A DNA stretch of 64,000 nucleotides, taken from IMG/VR virus record IMGVR_UViG_3300043774_001054, positions 1-64,000 of that record; one strand, written 5' to 3'. This DNA comes from an uncultured virus (IMG/VR IMGVR_UViG_3300043774_001054) (Duplodnaviria > Heunggongvirae > Uroviricota > Caudoviricetes). Below are positions 48,090 through 56,521 of the stretch, piece after piece. The notes under the pieces are model-generated. The model was not told the DNA's origin and made no database searches. It was given only the letters and a program-made list of their open reading frames with translations. A program made the position numbers and the translations under genes. Position 1 is the first letter of the stretch. Each line of letters opens with the position of its first letter.

Positions 48090-50129
48090 TCATTTAGAAT
48101 TTGCACGGAAAACACCATCCCAGAGCGGTCCAGGATCGGCTTTTTCGAGGTCATCTATACGTTCTATCATCATGTCGTAGTAATCACTTAGAAAAGTCAT
48201 ATGTGATTTTAGATCAACGGCTAATGCACGTGCCTTGGTCCATTCTCTGGCACGGTAGAAATCGAGAAATTTGTCGTGGGAATCTGAATAGACGCGCGTA
48301 CCCTTATCAAATACGGTATAAATCTTCACGCCTTCCTTCTTACCCTTTACCGCGATGCAATCAAGTTCCAGCGTGGGATACACGTCCTTCACATATTCTC
48401 GGGTGATGGGACCAATTACAAATTTCACGCCGTACGGTTTCGACTGACCTTCCAGGCGAGAGGCAAGATTCACCGAATCTCCGAGGCAGGTATAGTCGAA
48501 GCGTTGAGTCGAGCCCATATTACCCACAACAACGGTACCAGTATTCACGCCAAGACCCATTCCGAATGCCGGGATACCTTCCTTCATTACCTCATCGTTG
48601 AATGCCTTGAGACTTCCCAGCATTGTAAGACCCGTTTCAACTGCGTGTAAAGCATGGTCCTTATCATCAAGTGGTGCGTTCCAGAAAGCCATCTGAGCAT
48701 CACCAATGTACTTATCCAGGGTCCCTTGGCTATCCAGAATGGCCTGTGTCATTGCCGTCATATACCGATTCATAATCTTCGTGAGACCCTGAACGTCTTT
48801 TCCGTAGTGTTCGGAGATTGCGGTAAAGCCACGAACATCGGTAAACATAATGGATAGTTCTCTTGACTCACCACCCAGTTGTAGAAGGTCGGGATTCTTT
48901 TGCAGTTTCTCAACCATGGCCGGAGATAGGTACGTGCCAAACTGTTTCTTGATCTGCTGTTTTAATTTAAACTCCATGACGAACCGCATGAAGAGTGAAC
49001 CTGCCCATACAAGGGATGACGTACCCACAATCCAGGTATAGTCGGCAAGGAGTCCTTTATCGAATAAATGAAAGCCGTAATACACTGGAAGGCATACGGC
49101 AATAAGATAGATGCCAAGATTCAAGGCATAGCCCAAAAAGGAGATTGCTCCGATTAGAATAAGTGCTGCGCCTACGCCGATTGCAATTTCATATAGATCA
49201 AATTCTGCGCGGCGTTCAAGTCGGTTACCATCAAGAAGCATCTGAAGAGTCTGAAGGCTGAGTTCGTGTCCGTACGCCGTACCCAATGGAGTCGCAACGG
49301 TATTTGCAAGCCCCTCGGCCGTAAGGGCGATCACTACAATCTTGTCCTTCACGTGCCATTCATCATCGGTGTATGGAACTGATTTAAAGGTATATTTAAA
49401 ATTGATCCAGACCCGACCATTGCCATCGGTCTTAATTGGAGAGGTACCCGGAACTCGAATGGCAGACACACCCGATTCTGTAACCTTGACCTGGAAGCTG
49501 GGTTGATCGCCAAAGACGCGGAGAATTTCCAGTGGCATTGTGGGATACTTTTCCTTTTCAATCTGAATCATGAGCGGTAATCTACGCACCACACCATCAA
49601 GCTCCGGAGCCGTCAGCAACATACCCACGCCCGCGGAAGCCTCACCGATTTCCTTTAAAGGTCCGATCGCCGCTGGGTAATCAAATAGCCAGTCATCCGT
49701 GGTGCCGCCGATTGTTGCAACGCCTCTTGGAATTGGAACGCCCTTACCCTTTAATGAAGCTGATTGGCCTGTAATGACGGGCGACTGACTCAGCATCTCA
49801 ACGAATTCTTTATCTCCACCCAAACGGTCGGGCTCAGCAAAAATGATGGGTAACACAACACCGGTGGCGCCTGACTCCATGGCTTTTCTGATTGCGCCTG
49901 CCAGTTCGGTACGCTTCCATGGCCACTGTCCGTTCTTTTCCAGCGCCTTTTCATCAATTTCCACGATTACAATGTTATCCGATACCACCTTGTCCTGCTC
50001 TCGTTGATAGTAATCCAGACCCTTGAGACGCATTACCTCAATGGGATATGGGTTGGTAATACGGAGACCCACAGCAACCGTGAGAAGCATAAGACCAACA
50101 AGAAGGATTCTGAATGTGTGTTTGTTCAT
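48090..50129 (-). CDS. CHASE2-domain class III adenylate cyclase
   Basis: N-terminal TM; CHASE2 motifs 'IVIVEIDE..L...GQWPW.R' and 'DGVVRR.PL'; 3 TMs; cyclase motifs 'FTDVRGFT', 'DKYIGDA', 'YTCLGDSVNLASRLEG'. Confidence 0.93.
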   Translation of the reverse strand: MNKHTFRILLVGLMLLTVAVGLRITNPYPIEVMRLKGLDYYQREQDKVVSDNIVIVEIDEKALEKNGQWPWKRTELAGAIRKAMESGATGVVLPIIFAEPDRLGGDKEFVEMLSQSPVITGQSASLKGKGVPIPRGVATIGGTTDDWLFDYPAAIGPLKEIGEASAGVGMLLTAPELDGVVRRLPLMIQIEKEKYPTMPLEILRVFGDQPSFQVKVTESGVSAIRVPGTSPIKTDGNGRVWINFKYTFKSVPYTDDEWHVKDKIVVIALTAEGLANTVATPLGTAYGHELSLQTLQMLLDGNRLERRAEFDLYEIAIGVGAALILIGAISFLGYALNLGIYLIAVCLPVYYGFHLFDKGLLADYTWIVGTSSLVWAGSLFMRFVMEFKLKQQIKKQFGTYLSPAMVEKLQKNPDLLQLGGESRELSIMFTDVRGFTAISEHYGKDVQGLTKIMNRYMTAMTQAILDSQGTLDKYIGDAQMAFWNAPLDDKDHALHAVETGLTMLGSLKAFNDEVMKEGIPAFGMGLGVNTGTVVVGNMGSTQRFDYTCLGDSVNLASRLEGQSKPYGVKFVIGPITREYVKDVYPTLELDCIAVKGKKEGVKIYTVFDKGTRVYSDSHDKFLDFYRAREWTKARALAVDLKSHMTFLSDYYDMMIERIDDLEKADPGPLWDGVFRANSK

Positions 50130-51280
50130 TTCTGAATGATGTTTACTTTAAGTTTGTCTCCGAAGTTGAGTGGGTATACCGTTGTCCCATTGGAGTCGGT
50201 AATCTTAAATGTTGCGCTTGTGTCGGCTTTTAATTTATACTGAATAGTCCCTTTGGATGTCGAGAGATTCATTATAGCGTTTGTACCGTCGGTTGTAAAT
50301 CCATTATTGACGGTGGCGGTGACAATAAGAGTGGGTAATGTATTTGTCGGTGTTGCAACGGTGACCTCTGGATTCTTGGAGATAACCTCTGCTACGGCTT
50401 GCAGTATTTCTGGTTGCATTGCCTTTACATCAATAATGGCGGTTTTAGTTTCCTCAATAGGGCTTTCTTCAGCCTTAACCTGAGTAGCCGCACTAGGCTC
50501 GACCTGAGAAACCGCAGTAGGGGAATCGCTCTTGCCGCTTGATTTTTTGTTTGGTTTATCATCTACGGAATCCGATGTATTTGCCTGTGTCTGTTTCTTT
50601 GCTTCTTTGACGGCACCAGTGACGGGTTTTGGAGTTTCAACGAGAATTAGATTATTGATTTTGCTTTCATCCTGGAAATTAAGTACAACGGGATTTGTAG
50701 GAACGGACTGCATTGACGCGATAAAGGTCGCCTGATATGCCTGAGTCATAAGGACACTACCCGCTGCATTTGAAACCTCGATTACACCTACGATGCCCGG
50801 TGTCGCGCTATACTCGGGGCGTGAAGGTAACAGAATGACAAGACTCTTACCATCCTCCGAAACCGTCATTGAGAAGTCGGTACCGCGAACAGAAATCTTT
50901 GCCGTAGGAGTTTGGACCTTAATGTTTTCTCTGCTGTTCTTTGCAATCATGCCCGACGCATAACGAACGGTACCAAACGCCGTCTTCATTCCGACCTTAC
51001 CCTTACCACTTGCAGGATCATATACAAACTCATCAATCTTGAGCTTCGAGAACTCGGTTATCTGCATCAATGTATTATCTTCAAATGTAATGGATACCCG
51101 AGCCTTTAATGTCTCAATGGTATCATACTGTTCTATCTCGGTTCCGATCTTACCTTCCAGCCTATCATTACCACGAACAATCTGAGTGGGTCCGGTAACC
51201 TCGGTCAGTTTTCCGACCGAGGCACCGGCTTCAGATACAAAAATAGCCGCAATCAAAAACAGTACTGCGGCTATGCGCAT
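50126..51280 (-). CDS. Exported FecR-domain protein
   Basis: Signal peptide; 'ITFEDNT', 'IDEFVYDP', 'VQTPTAKISVRGTDF'; low-complexity linker and small C-terminal beta domain. Confidence 0.85.
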   Translation of the reverse strand: MRIAAVLFLIAAIFVSEAGASVGKLTEVTGPTQIVRGNDRLEGKIGTEIEQYDTIETLKARVSITFEDNTLMQITEFSKLKIDEFVYDPASGKGKVGMKTAFGTVRYASGMIAKNSRENIKVQTPTAKISVRGTDFSMTVSEDGKSLVILLPSRPEYSATPGIVGVIEVSNAAGSVLMTQAYQATFIASMQSVPTNPVVLNFQDESKINNLILVETPKPVTGAVKEAKKQTQANTSDSVDDKPNKKSSGKSDSPTAVSQVEPSAATQVKAEESPIEETKTAIIDVKAMQPEILQAVAEVISKNPEVTVATPTNTLPTLIVTATVNNGFTTDGTNAIMNLSTSKGTIQYKLKADTSATFKITDSNGTTVYPLNFGDKLKVNIIQK

Positions 51281-51283
51281 ACA

Positions 51284-52084
51284 TTAGGGAGTCGGAGGCG
51301 AGATGGTCGCAGTTGGATTTGCTGCACCATAGTTTGATGTACCCGTGGTCATAATCGGAGCAGCAGCCGTTGTGGTCTGGATAATCTTAACGGTATTGTT
51401 GCTACCAGTTAAGCTATAGACAAGGGTCTGTTGTTCCACACCAGCCTGATAGACGGTGAGGTTGTTCGTGCTACCCAGGATGGTAATATCTTGAAAATGC
51501 CCACCTTTCTGAGTCGACGCGCCGACGCTTCCGATCTGAGTAGATTTAACAATGTTTGAATTACCAGTAATGTTGTAATCAATCCAGTTGTATGAAGCAT
51601 TCTCGAATCCTAATTTCAGTGTATTTGAGTTACCAACTACGTCGATGGTCACATCGCTGTTCGCAATGGTCGCCTTCGATGTATTGTTATCGGAGGTGTG
51701 ATCAACGCTTACATCCTTATTCACGGTGAGTGAATTTGTGTTTCCGACCAATGACACATTGAATGTATTGCTGGCACCGTCCATGAAGTATTTCTGGGTG
51801 TTCGCATTACCGGTAACAACTGAAAGTAAGCTCAGATTGTTGGCTCCGATAATAGAGAAATCAGTATTGTTGTTGTCTCCCATCTGGCGTGTTTCAAAGG
51901 TGATATTGTCACCCGTAATGTTGCTTGGTGTTCCAGACGAGCCAATTTTATTCAGGCTACCGACCTGAATAAGGGTTGTGGTACCCGCGGTTGTGATCTG
52001 ATTGACATAGATTTGATTCTGAGCAAAGGCTGGAGTGAATAGCATAAGCCCAAGAATGAATCCTAGTATTAGTTTTGTTTTCAT
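51284..52084 (-). CDS. Curlin-like secreted beta-solenoid protein (CsgA/CsgB-like)
   Basis: Signal peptide ending AFA; 'NQIYVNQ' start; many x-G-N/S-x-N repeats (QMGDNN, VTGNAN, LVGNTN, VVGNSN, ITGNSN, LTGSNN); adjacent to csgG. Confidence 0.65.
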   Translation of the reverse strand: MKTKLILGFILGLMLFTPAFAQNQIYVNQITTAGTTTLIQVGSLNKIGSSGTPSNITGDNITFETRQMGDNNNTDFSIIGANNLSLLSVVTGNANTQKYFMDGASNTFNVSLVGNTNSLTVNKDVSVDHTSDNNTSKATIANSDVTIDVVGNSNTLKLGFENASYNWIDYNITGNSNIVKSTQIGSVGASTQKGGHFQDITILGSTNNLTVYQAGVEQQTLVYSLTGSNNTVKIIQTTTAAAPIMTTGTSNYGAANPTATISPPTP

Positions 52085-52896
52085 TTCTTTTTAGCGTTAT
52101 TGTTGGTTGCGTCTTTGAATTGCCAAAGACCTGCTGTTTGCCCCTGCTTAATAATTTCAATTACTGCCTGATCAATAGCGCTCCGTACGGCAATGCCATT
52201 CGGTTCATTTGCAGTGAGACCAAGTTCTGACTCAATCGGGGTTGTTCCGTGATCATAAAATTTAAATAAATTGCCCGAGAGGGCAATACTCGTAATGGTT
52301 TTAGTAACAGCCACGCTCAGTAGGACCTCTCCTGTTTGAACGCTTACAAGCCTCAGTGACACTGTTACTACGTCCTTACGATATTGAGTGCTACCGGAGA
52401 TACCAAGAACACTGGCGCCCGCGCCTCCCGTAAGGATATTGCTATCATATCCGATGATGCCGCCTTGCGCTATAATGCCGGCAAATAACATCGGAGTGAG
52501 TTTCTCGGCGTCTTTACCGAGGAAAGTTTCTCTTGTCTGTGAAATGAGTTGGCGTTCCTTAATAATGTCATCAAGGCTTGCACGTTCAAGTACCTGAAAC
52601 CACGTGCCATTACTTGCAAGACGTAATGCATCGATGAGCCAACTCTCCGCGCCCTGCGTGACGGCAGAAGAGAATGTGGCATACGCGTCTGCGGTCTTTC
52701 TCTGTCCCGTCTTATCCGCAAAGCCATAGACTGCAATTGTCATCCGAGGACCATCAATTGGTGGAAGCTCCGATAGCTGCTTTGCCAATGGGGATATCTG
52801 GACCTTGGGTATCTCGAGGATGGTGGGCTTGGATGGTACCGAAGCACAACCCCCGAACAACAGAGACAGTAAGAGTATGGAAATAAATTTTACCAT
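52081..52896 (-). CDS. csgG: Curli secretion outer-membrane lipoprotein CsgG
   Basis: Lipobox FGGC; 'IAVYGFADKTGQRK', 'FSSAVTQGA', 'WFQVLER..L..IIKERQLI', 'GGIIGYDSN..TGGAGA', 'QYRKDVVTVSLRLVSV.TGEVL'. Confidence 0.93.
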   Translation of the reverse strand: MVKFISILLLSLLFGGCASVPSKPTILEIPKVQISPLAKQLSELPPIDGPRMTIAVYGFADKTGQRKTADAYATFSSAVTQGAESWLIDALRLASNGTWFQVLERASLDDIIKERQLISQTRETFLGKDAEKLTPMLFAGIIAQGGIIGYDSNILTGGAGASVLGISGSTQYRKDVVTVSLRLVSVQTGEVLLSVAVTKTITSIALSGNLFKFYDHGTTPIESELGLTANEPNGIAVRSAIDQAVIEIIKQGQTAGLWQFKDATNNNAKKK

Positions 52897-52899
52897 TGA

Positions 52900-53358
52900 T
52901 TAGCCGCCGGCGGGTTTCAATGTTCCCACAGGAACCTGAATCGTCGTAGTATTACCGGTTGCAGGATCAACAATGTAAAGAGTCACCATATCACCATTTT
53001 TTTGCCAGGTGACTGTCGATCCGCCCTGAAGATTAATGATACCAAAGTTGGCTCCATCCGAGTTAAAGATGGCATCCGTGACCTGAGATGCTAGTTGAGA
53101 ATAGATTCGAGCCTGCAGGTTATTAATGAATGCATTGAGCGGTGTATTTTGCGCCGCCACTTTTGCAGTTTCAGCGTCTGCTTTTGCTTGATCTTTGAAT
53201 GATTGCTTTCGGGTGCGTGCAAGGTTTTCAATGGTGATTTGATGAGAAGAAAATCCAACGCCGTTAAACATTGGAGACTTAAAACCATGCACCATATCCG
53301 ATGCAAAGACAACCTTAAACAGGAGGGCGAGGAGTAGGAATAGTAGCAGGTTTTTCAT
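52900..53358 (-). CDS. csgF: Curli assembly factor CsgF-like (alternative start 53385)
   Basis: Signal peptide then 'DMVHGFKSPMFNG' (cf. CsgF F.NP.FGG), 'FINNLQARIYSQL', 'D..TG..TTI.VP'; immediately upstream of csgG. Confidence 0.8.
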   Translation of the reverse strand: MKNLLLFLLLALLFKVVFASDMVHGFKSPMFNGVGFSSHQITIENLARTRKQSFKDQAKADAETAKVAAQNTPLNAFINNLQARIYSQLASQVTDAIFNSDGANFGIINLQGGSTVTWQKNGDMVTLYIVDPATGNTTTIQVPVGTLKPAGG

Positions 53359-53629
53359 TGGTGATTGATGCGGTTGGTACGACATGCGGACCTCCGCGTT
53401 GCATTTCGATGGCTGTATTAATCTTTTGCTCCAATCTAATTAGATCATTATCAAGCATACGAATTCGGTCAATCAACGCAATCATAGTTTTCTTTGCTTC
53501 CGACAGCTCAGAATTAATGTTCTCCGTCACAAATTTCCAAACAAAGTAAATAAAGTAGCCCATACCAGCGGCAGCCATCATTGGCATACCGTACTGGTTG
53601 ATCATCTGTTTTAATTCAATAGGATCCAT
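53315..53629 (-). CDS. Small single-TM coiled-coil membrane protein (paralogue 2)
   Basis: 'YGMPMMAAAGMGYFIYFVW' TM; 'LIDRIRMLDNDLIRL'. Confidence 0.75.
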   Translation of the reverse strand: MDPIELKQMINQYGMPMMAAAGMGYFIYFVWKFVTENINSELSEAKKTMIALIDRIRMLDNDLIRLEQKINTAIEMQRGGPHVVPTASITNEKPATIPTPRPPV

Positions 53630-53632
53630 AGT

Positions 53633-53917
53633 TTAATCCTTTCTGGCATCCGTCTTACCATCACTGCGTGCCAGACGTTCAAGGTCGACGCGTAATCCGA
53701 AACGTGATGAGATGAGTGCATCAATACGAATAAGGTCATTATTCATTGTGCGCACACGGTTGTTCAACATACCGGCAAGACCATTTAATGATTTCACATC
53801 ATCCACAACTCCCGCAAGGATATACTTGAGGAGAATGACGATGAAGACGCCGCCAGCAATAACTGCTGCAACAGAGAATCCAAGGTCCGCAAATGATTTC
53901 AGTGTTTCAAAACTCAT
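53633..53917 (-). CDS. Small single-TM coiled-coil membrane protein (paralogue 1)
   Basis: 'LGFSVAAVIAGGVFIVILLKYIL' TM; 'LNNRVRTMNNDLIRI'. Confidence 0.75.
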   Translation of the reverse strand: MSFETLKSFADLGFSVAAVIAGGVFIVILLKYILAGVVDDVKSLNGLAGMLNNRVRTMNNDLIRIDALISSRFGLRVDLERLARSDGKTDARKD

Positions 53918-54180
53918 TATCCATTTACAATCTTAGAAATCTTAGATTCAAACTCTTCGATCTTTTTAATACGGTTGGGCCATTTAATGTATTCCTTCTC
54001 TGGGTTCTTCTTCAGATTCTGAAGGAGTGGAAGGATTGCTTGGTATAATCGATTCAGTTTATCTTCGTGATACGCAGCAGCCTTCTCGGCTACGTCAACT
54101 TGTTTTGTTACGTCAAGTTCGTCTTCGGCGATCGTTGTGAAACCAAAGTCAAAGGGGTCTATAGAATTATTTGTGGCCAT
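53917..54180 (-). CDS. Small conserved phage protein heading the curli/cyclase operon
   Basis: 'FDFGFT....DEL', 'ILPLLQNLKKNPEKEYIKWPNR'; TAATG-coupled to the next gene. Confidence 0.75.
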   Translation of the reverse strand: MATNNSIDPFDFGFTTIAEDELDVTKQVDVAEKAAAYHEDKLNRLYQAILPLLQNLKKNPEKEYIKWPNRIKKIEEFESKISKIVNG

Positions 54181-54201
54181 TGTAATAAGAGTGTAAATAA
54201 A

Positions 54202-54235
54202 AATGCTACCTCATCAATAAAGACAAGGTAGCATT
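54202..54235 (-). terminator. Terminator-like hairpin in the operon leader
   Basis: Perfect 10-bp stem AATGCTACCT/AGGTAGCATT, extendable with G-U pairs on the minus strand, followed by TTTATTT. Confidence 0.7.
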
Positions 54236-54244
54236 CAGTATTGC

Positions 54245-54252
54245 TATTTATA
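54245..54252 (-). promoter_or_regulatory. T4-type late promoter TATAAATA
   Basis: Exact motif just upstream of the hairpin. Confidence 0.6.
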
Positions 54253-54316
54253 AAATAAACAGTTTGTAGTATTACGGTATTTGAATCCTATGAGACATTA
54301 TGTTGAATAGAGATAC

Positions 54317-54345
54317 ATTATAACGTATCTAAGCAGAATGTAAAC
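54317..54345 (-). promoter_or_regulatory. Early promoter with a palindrome over its -10 box
   Basis: GTTTACA-16-TATAAT; AGATAC-N8-GTATCT at 54311-54330. Confidence 0.7.
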
Positions 54346-54362
54346 AATAAAGCGCCGTCGTA

Positions 54363-54947
54363 TTACTTAGTTTTAATGAATGAGCCAGCTTCTACAGGTT
54401 TGAATATGTTCTTGATACCGCGTGTTTGAATGGCGCGAAAAACGAAATATGGCCACCAGATAATTTTTGGAATCTTGACGACCTTAATGTTGGAGTCGGT
54501 AATCACAGGAACCTCAGCGTCCCAGACTTTCAGCACAAGCGGTTCGCCGCTCACAGAGTTGGTGAGGTTGATTTTACCGTTACGTGTTGGCGGGCGACCG
54601 ATGTACCAATAGTTGTCGTATTGACCGAATTCAATATCGCAGTCGGAGCCCGATGTGACAAACGATACCTCATTAATTGAGTAACCATTGACTGAACCCT
54701 TGATGGTGATGCCATTCTTGCGTGGAGCCAGGACGGTATTGTTGAACGTATAGTTTGAACCTCTTACGGCATCGATGCAGTCTTCCTTGCCGCCTTCAAT
54801 GGTGCAACCATCGACAACGACATTGGTGCAATTGGAGAATTTAAGGACATCGGAGGTTTGAGTCCAATCATCCGGCGCAATGACCCGATTGGAAATTACT
54901 GTTCCGTCCTCACCAGCGTAGGACTCTAGGTTTTTATCGGCGGCCAT
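54363..54947 (-). CDS. Right-handed beta-helix (pectin-lyase-like) protein
   Basis: 'CTNVVVDGCTIEGGKEDCIDAVRGSNYTFNN' repeat pattern. Confidence 0.6.
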   Translation of the reverse strand: MAADKNLESYAGEDGTVISNRVIAPDDWTQTSDVLKFSNCTNVVVDGCTIEGGKEDCIDAVRGSNYTFNNTVLAPRKNGITIKGSVNGYSINEVSFVTSGSDCDIEFGQYDNYWYIGRPPTRNGKINLTNSVSGEPLVLKVWDAEVPVITDSNIKVVKIPKIIWWPYFVFRAIQTRGIKNIFKPVEAGSFIKTK

Positions 54948-54949
54948 GT

Positions 54950-55204
54950 TTAGAATGATACGGCGACCATACGGATTGTTGCACTACCGAAGATGTTTTC
55001 GGCTGGTAGTTTTCTGACAAATGCCGTTTCATATGCGCGAAGGGTAAAGCTACCAGTAGTGACTACTGCAGCATCTTTTACAAGAACAGAAACGTCTGAA
55101 GCAGTATTGTTGTATACGCGGATCAGAGTCTTTCCGCTGAAATTGTTACCGCCCGTTCCTACTGCGGCTTCTTCGCCTAATACTTTGAGGATTGTTGAGA
55201 CCAT
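54950..55204 (-). CDS. Small late (probably virion) protein
   Basis: 84-aa beta-rich ORF behind a late promoter. Confidence 0.65.
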   Translation of the reverse strand: MVSTILKVLGEEAAVGTGGNNFSGKTLIRVYNNTASDVSVLVKDAAVVTTGSFTLRAYETAFVRKLPAENIFGSATIRMVAVSF

Positions 55205-55233
55205 AGAATTAATTGTTTGAGGTTAAGTCTATC

Positions 55234-55262
55234 TATTTATAAACATCGGTCGGTTATAAATA
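55234..55262. promoter_or_regulatory. Back-to-back late promoters
   Basis: TATAAATA on the minus strand at 55234-55241 and on the plus strand at 55255-55262. Confidence 0.8.
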
Positions 55263-55267
55263 GGGTT

Positions 55268-56227
55268 ATGCGTTTTGTCGTTTCATTATTATTTGTAATG
55301 AGTCTGACTGGTTGCACCATGCTCGGTGGGTTAAAGATGCCCAGTCTTGGCGGAGGTAAAACCGGAGACTCTGCCGGATCCGTAGCTGCTGCTCAAAACA
55401 CTGCGGAAGCCGTCGACCGTATGGCAGAGATTAGTAAACGGAATGAGGAAGCACGCAAAGCAATGGAAATAGAGTACGCTAAGTTCCGTGAACAATTGAC
55501 GGCAGCCTACGCCAACCGTGAAAGGCTGGACAACGAAAATTTTGACCGCATCTCCGAGATCAACTATGGTATCTTTAAAGCCACAGAGGATGTTACCAAA
55601 CTGGATGCTCGGGTACTGATTGCAAATTTAAAGTCAAAGGAAAACATGGCTCGTTTAATGCCGATTGGTGAAGCCAAGAAGAAAGAGATCATTGCCGAGC
55701 TTGAAGGCGACCGTAAAAAGCTCGAGGCTGAAATCGTAAAGAAGTACGAAGTTAGGATCAAGGAAGGCGAAGCCGCTGCTGCCGCCTACGAGGAAGCCGA
55801 TAAACAGGTCAAACTCAAAGAGGCCGAGAAAGGTAAATTACGCGATCAGCAAGCAACCATCCTTGAAAAGCTAAGAGCCGATCAGGAAGCCGAAAGAGAA
55901 AAGCTCCGTAAAGAAGCAGCAGATGCTGTCGCCATTGCCAAAGAGAAACAACGCCTCGAGATGGTTGGCTGGATTGTAAAGGCTCTATTGGGTGTCGGAA
56001 TTGTAATCCTAGTGATTGGCTTCCTCATGAAATCTCCAACCTTTATTGTGTCGGGCATTGCAATGCTCGGACTCGCCTACGTTGCGGCAACCATTCCATT
56101 CTGGGTCGTGGCAAGTATTATGGGTGTCTTTGTAATCGTGATGGTAATGATGGACCCAAAGACGGGCAAGATTTCATTACCAGGCAAAAAGAAAGCGGAG
56201 TCAATTACGACTCCGCCTGCTCCTTAA
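55268..56227 (+). CDS. Lipoprotein with long coiled coil and C-terminal TM helices (candidate unimolecular spanin); start revised to 55268
   Basis: MRFVVSLLFVMSLTGC lipobox; about 200 aa of E/K/A-rich heptads; about 3 hydrophobic helices at the C-terminus; late promoter 5 nt upstream. Confidence 0.75.
   Translation: MRFVVSLLFVMSLTGCTMLGGLKMPSLGGGKTGDSAGSVAAAQNTAEAVDRMAEISKRNEEARKAMEIEYAKFREQLTAAYANRERLDNENFDRISEINYGIFKATEDVTKLDARVLIANLKSKENMARLMPIGEAKKKEIIAELEGDRKKLEAEIVKKYEVRIKEGEAAAAAYEEADKQVKLKEAEKGKLRDQQATILEKLRADQEAEREKLRKEAADAVAIAKEKQRLEMVGWIVKALLGVGIVILVIGFLMKSPTFIVSGIAMLGLAYVAATIPFWVVASIMGVFVIVMVMMDPKTGKISLPGKKKAESITTPPAP
56195..56216 (-). terminator. Terminator for minus-strand early genes, embedded in the 3' end of the lipoprotein gene
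   Basis: GCGGAGTC/GACTCCGC stem followed by TTTCTTTTT on the minus strand. Confidence 0.7.
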
Positions 56228-56247
56228 TAGCCAGTAACGGCTGAGGG

Positions 56248-56517
56248 TCACTCCAGGTCGTCAAGAACGACTTTGGCTGGGTTTGTTCCTCCTACAATTA
56301 CACAATTGCGGTATTGCTCCAATGCCTCCCGCAGCTTTACATTTTTTCCAATAAGATCATCGGCGTGCTGCGAGTGATGATCCACCCAGTTTTGTGCAAT
56401 GCGAAGTTCAGCCTCGGCTTTCTCGGCACGAATCAGAGCGGCGTCACGTTGCTTCATTAACTCGGCTACTTTCTCTTCCGCAGTAATGAGATTTTTACTA
56501 TAGTTTGATGCGTACAT
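56248..56517 (-). CDS. Hypothetical coiled-coil protein
   Basis: Start revised to MYASNY; 'RAEKAEAEL' motif. Confidence 0.6.
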   Translation of the reverse strand: MYASNYSKNLITAEEKVAELMKQRDAALIRAEKAEAELRIAQNWVDHHSQHADDLIGKNVKLREALEQYRNCVIVGGTNPAKVVLDDLE

Positions 56518-56521
56518 AAAT

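Noticed and set aside
48090..54180. Curli/cyclase block as contaminating bacterial DNA
   Set aside because: It is flanked directly by phage-type early and late promoters and shares the SD-less, tightly coupled gene style; read-level confirmation is still advisable
54311..54330. Palindrome as a CRP (cAMP receptor) site
   Set aside because: AGATAC-N8-GTATCT does not match TGTGA-N6-TCACA; kept only as an unassigned operator candidate
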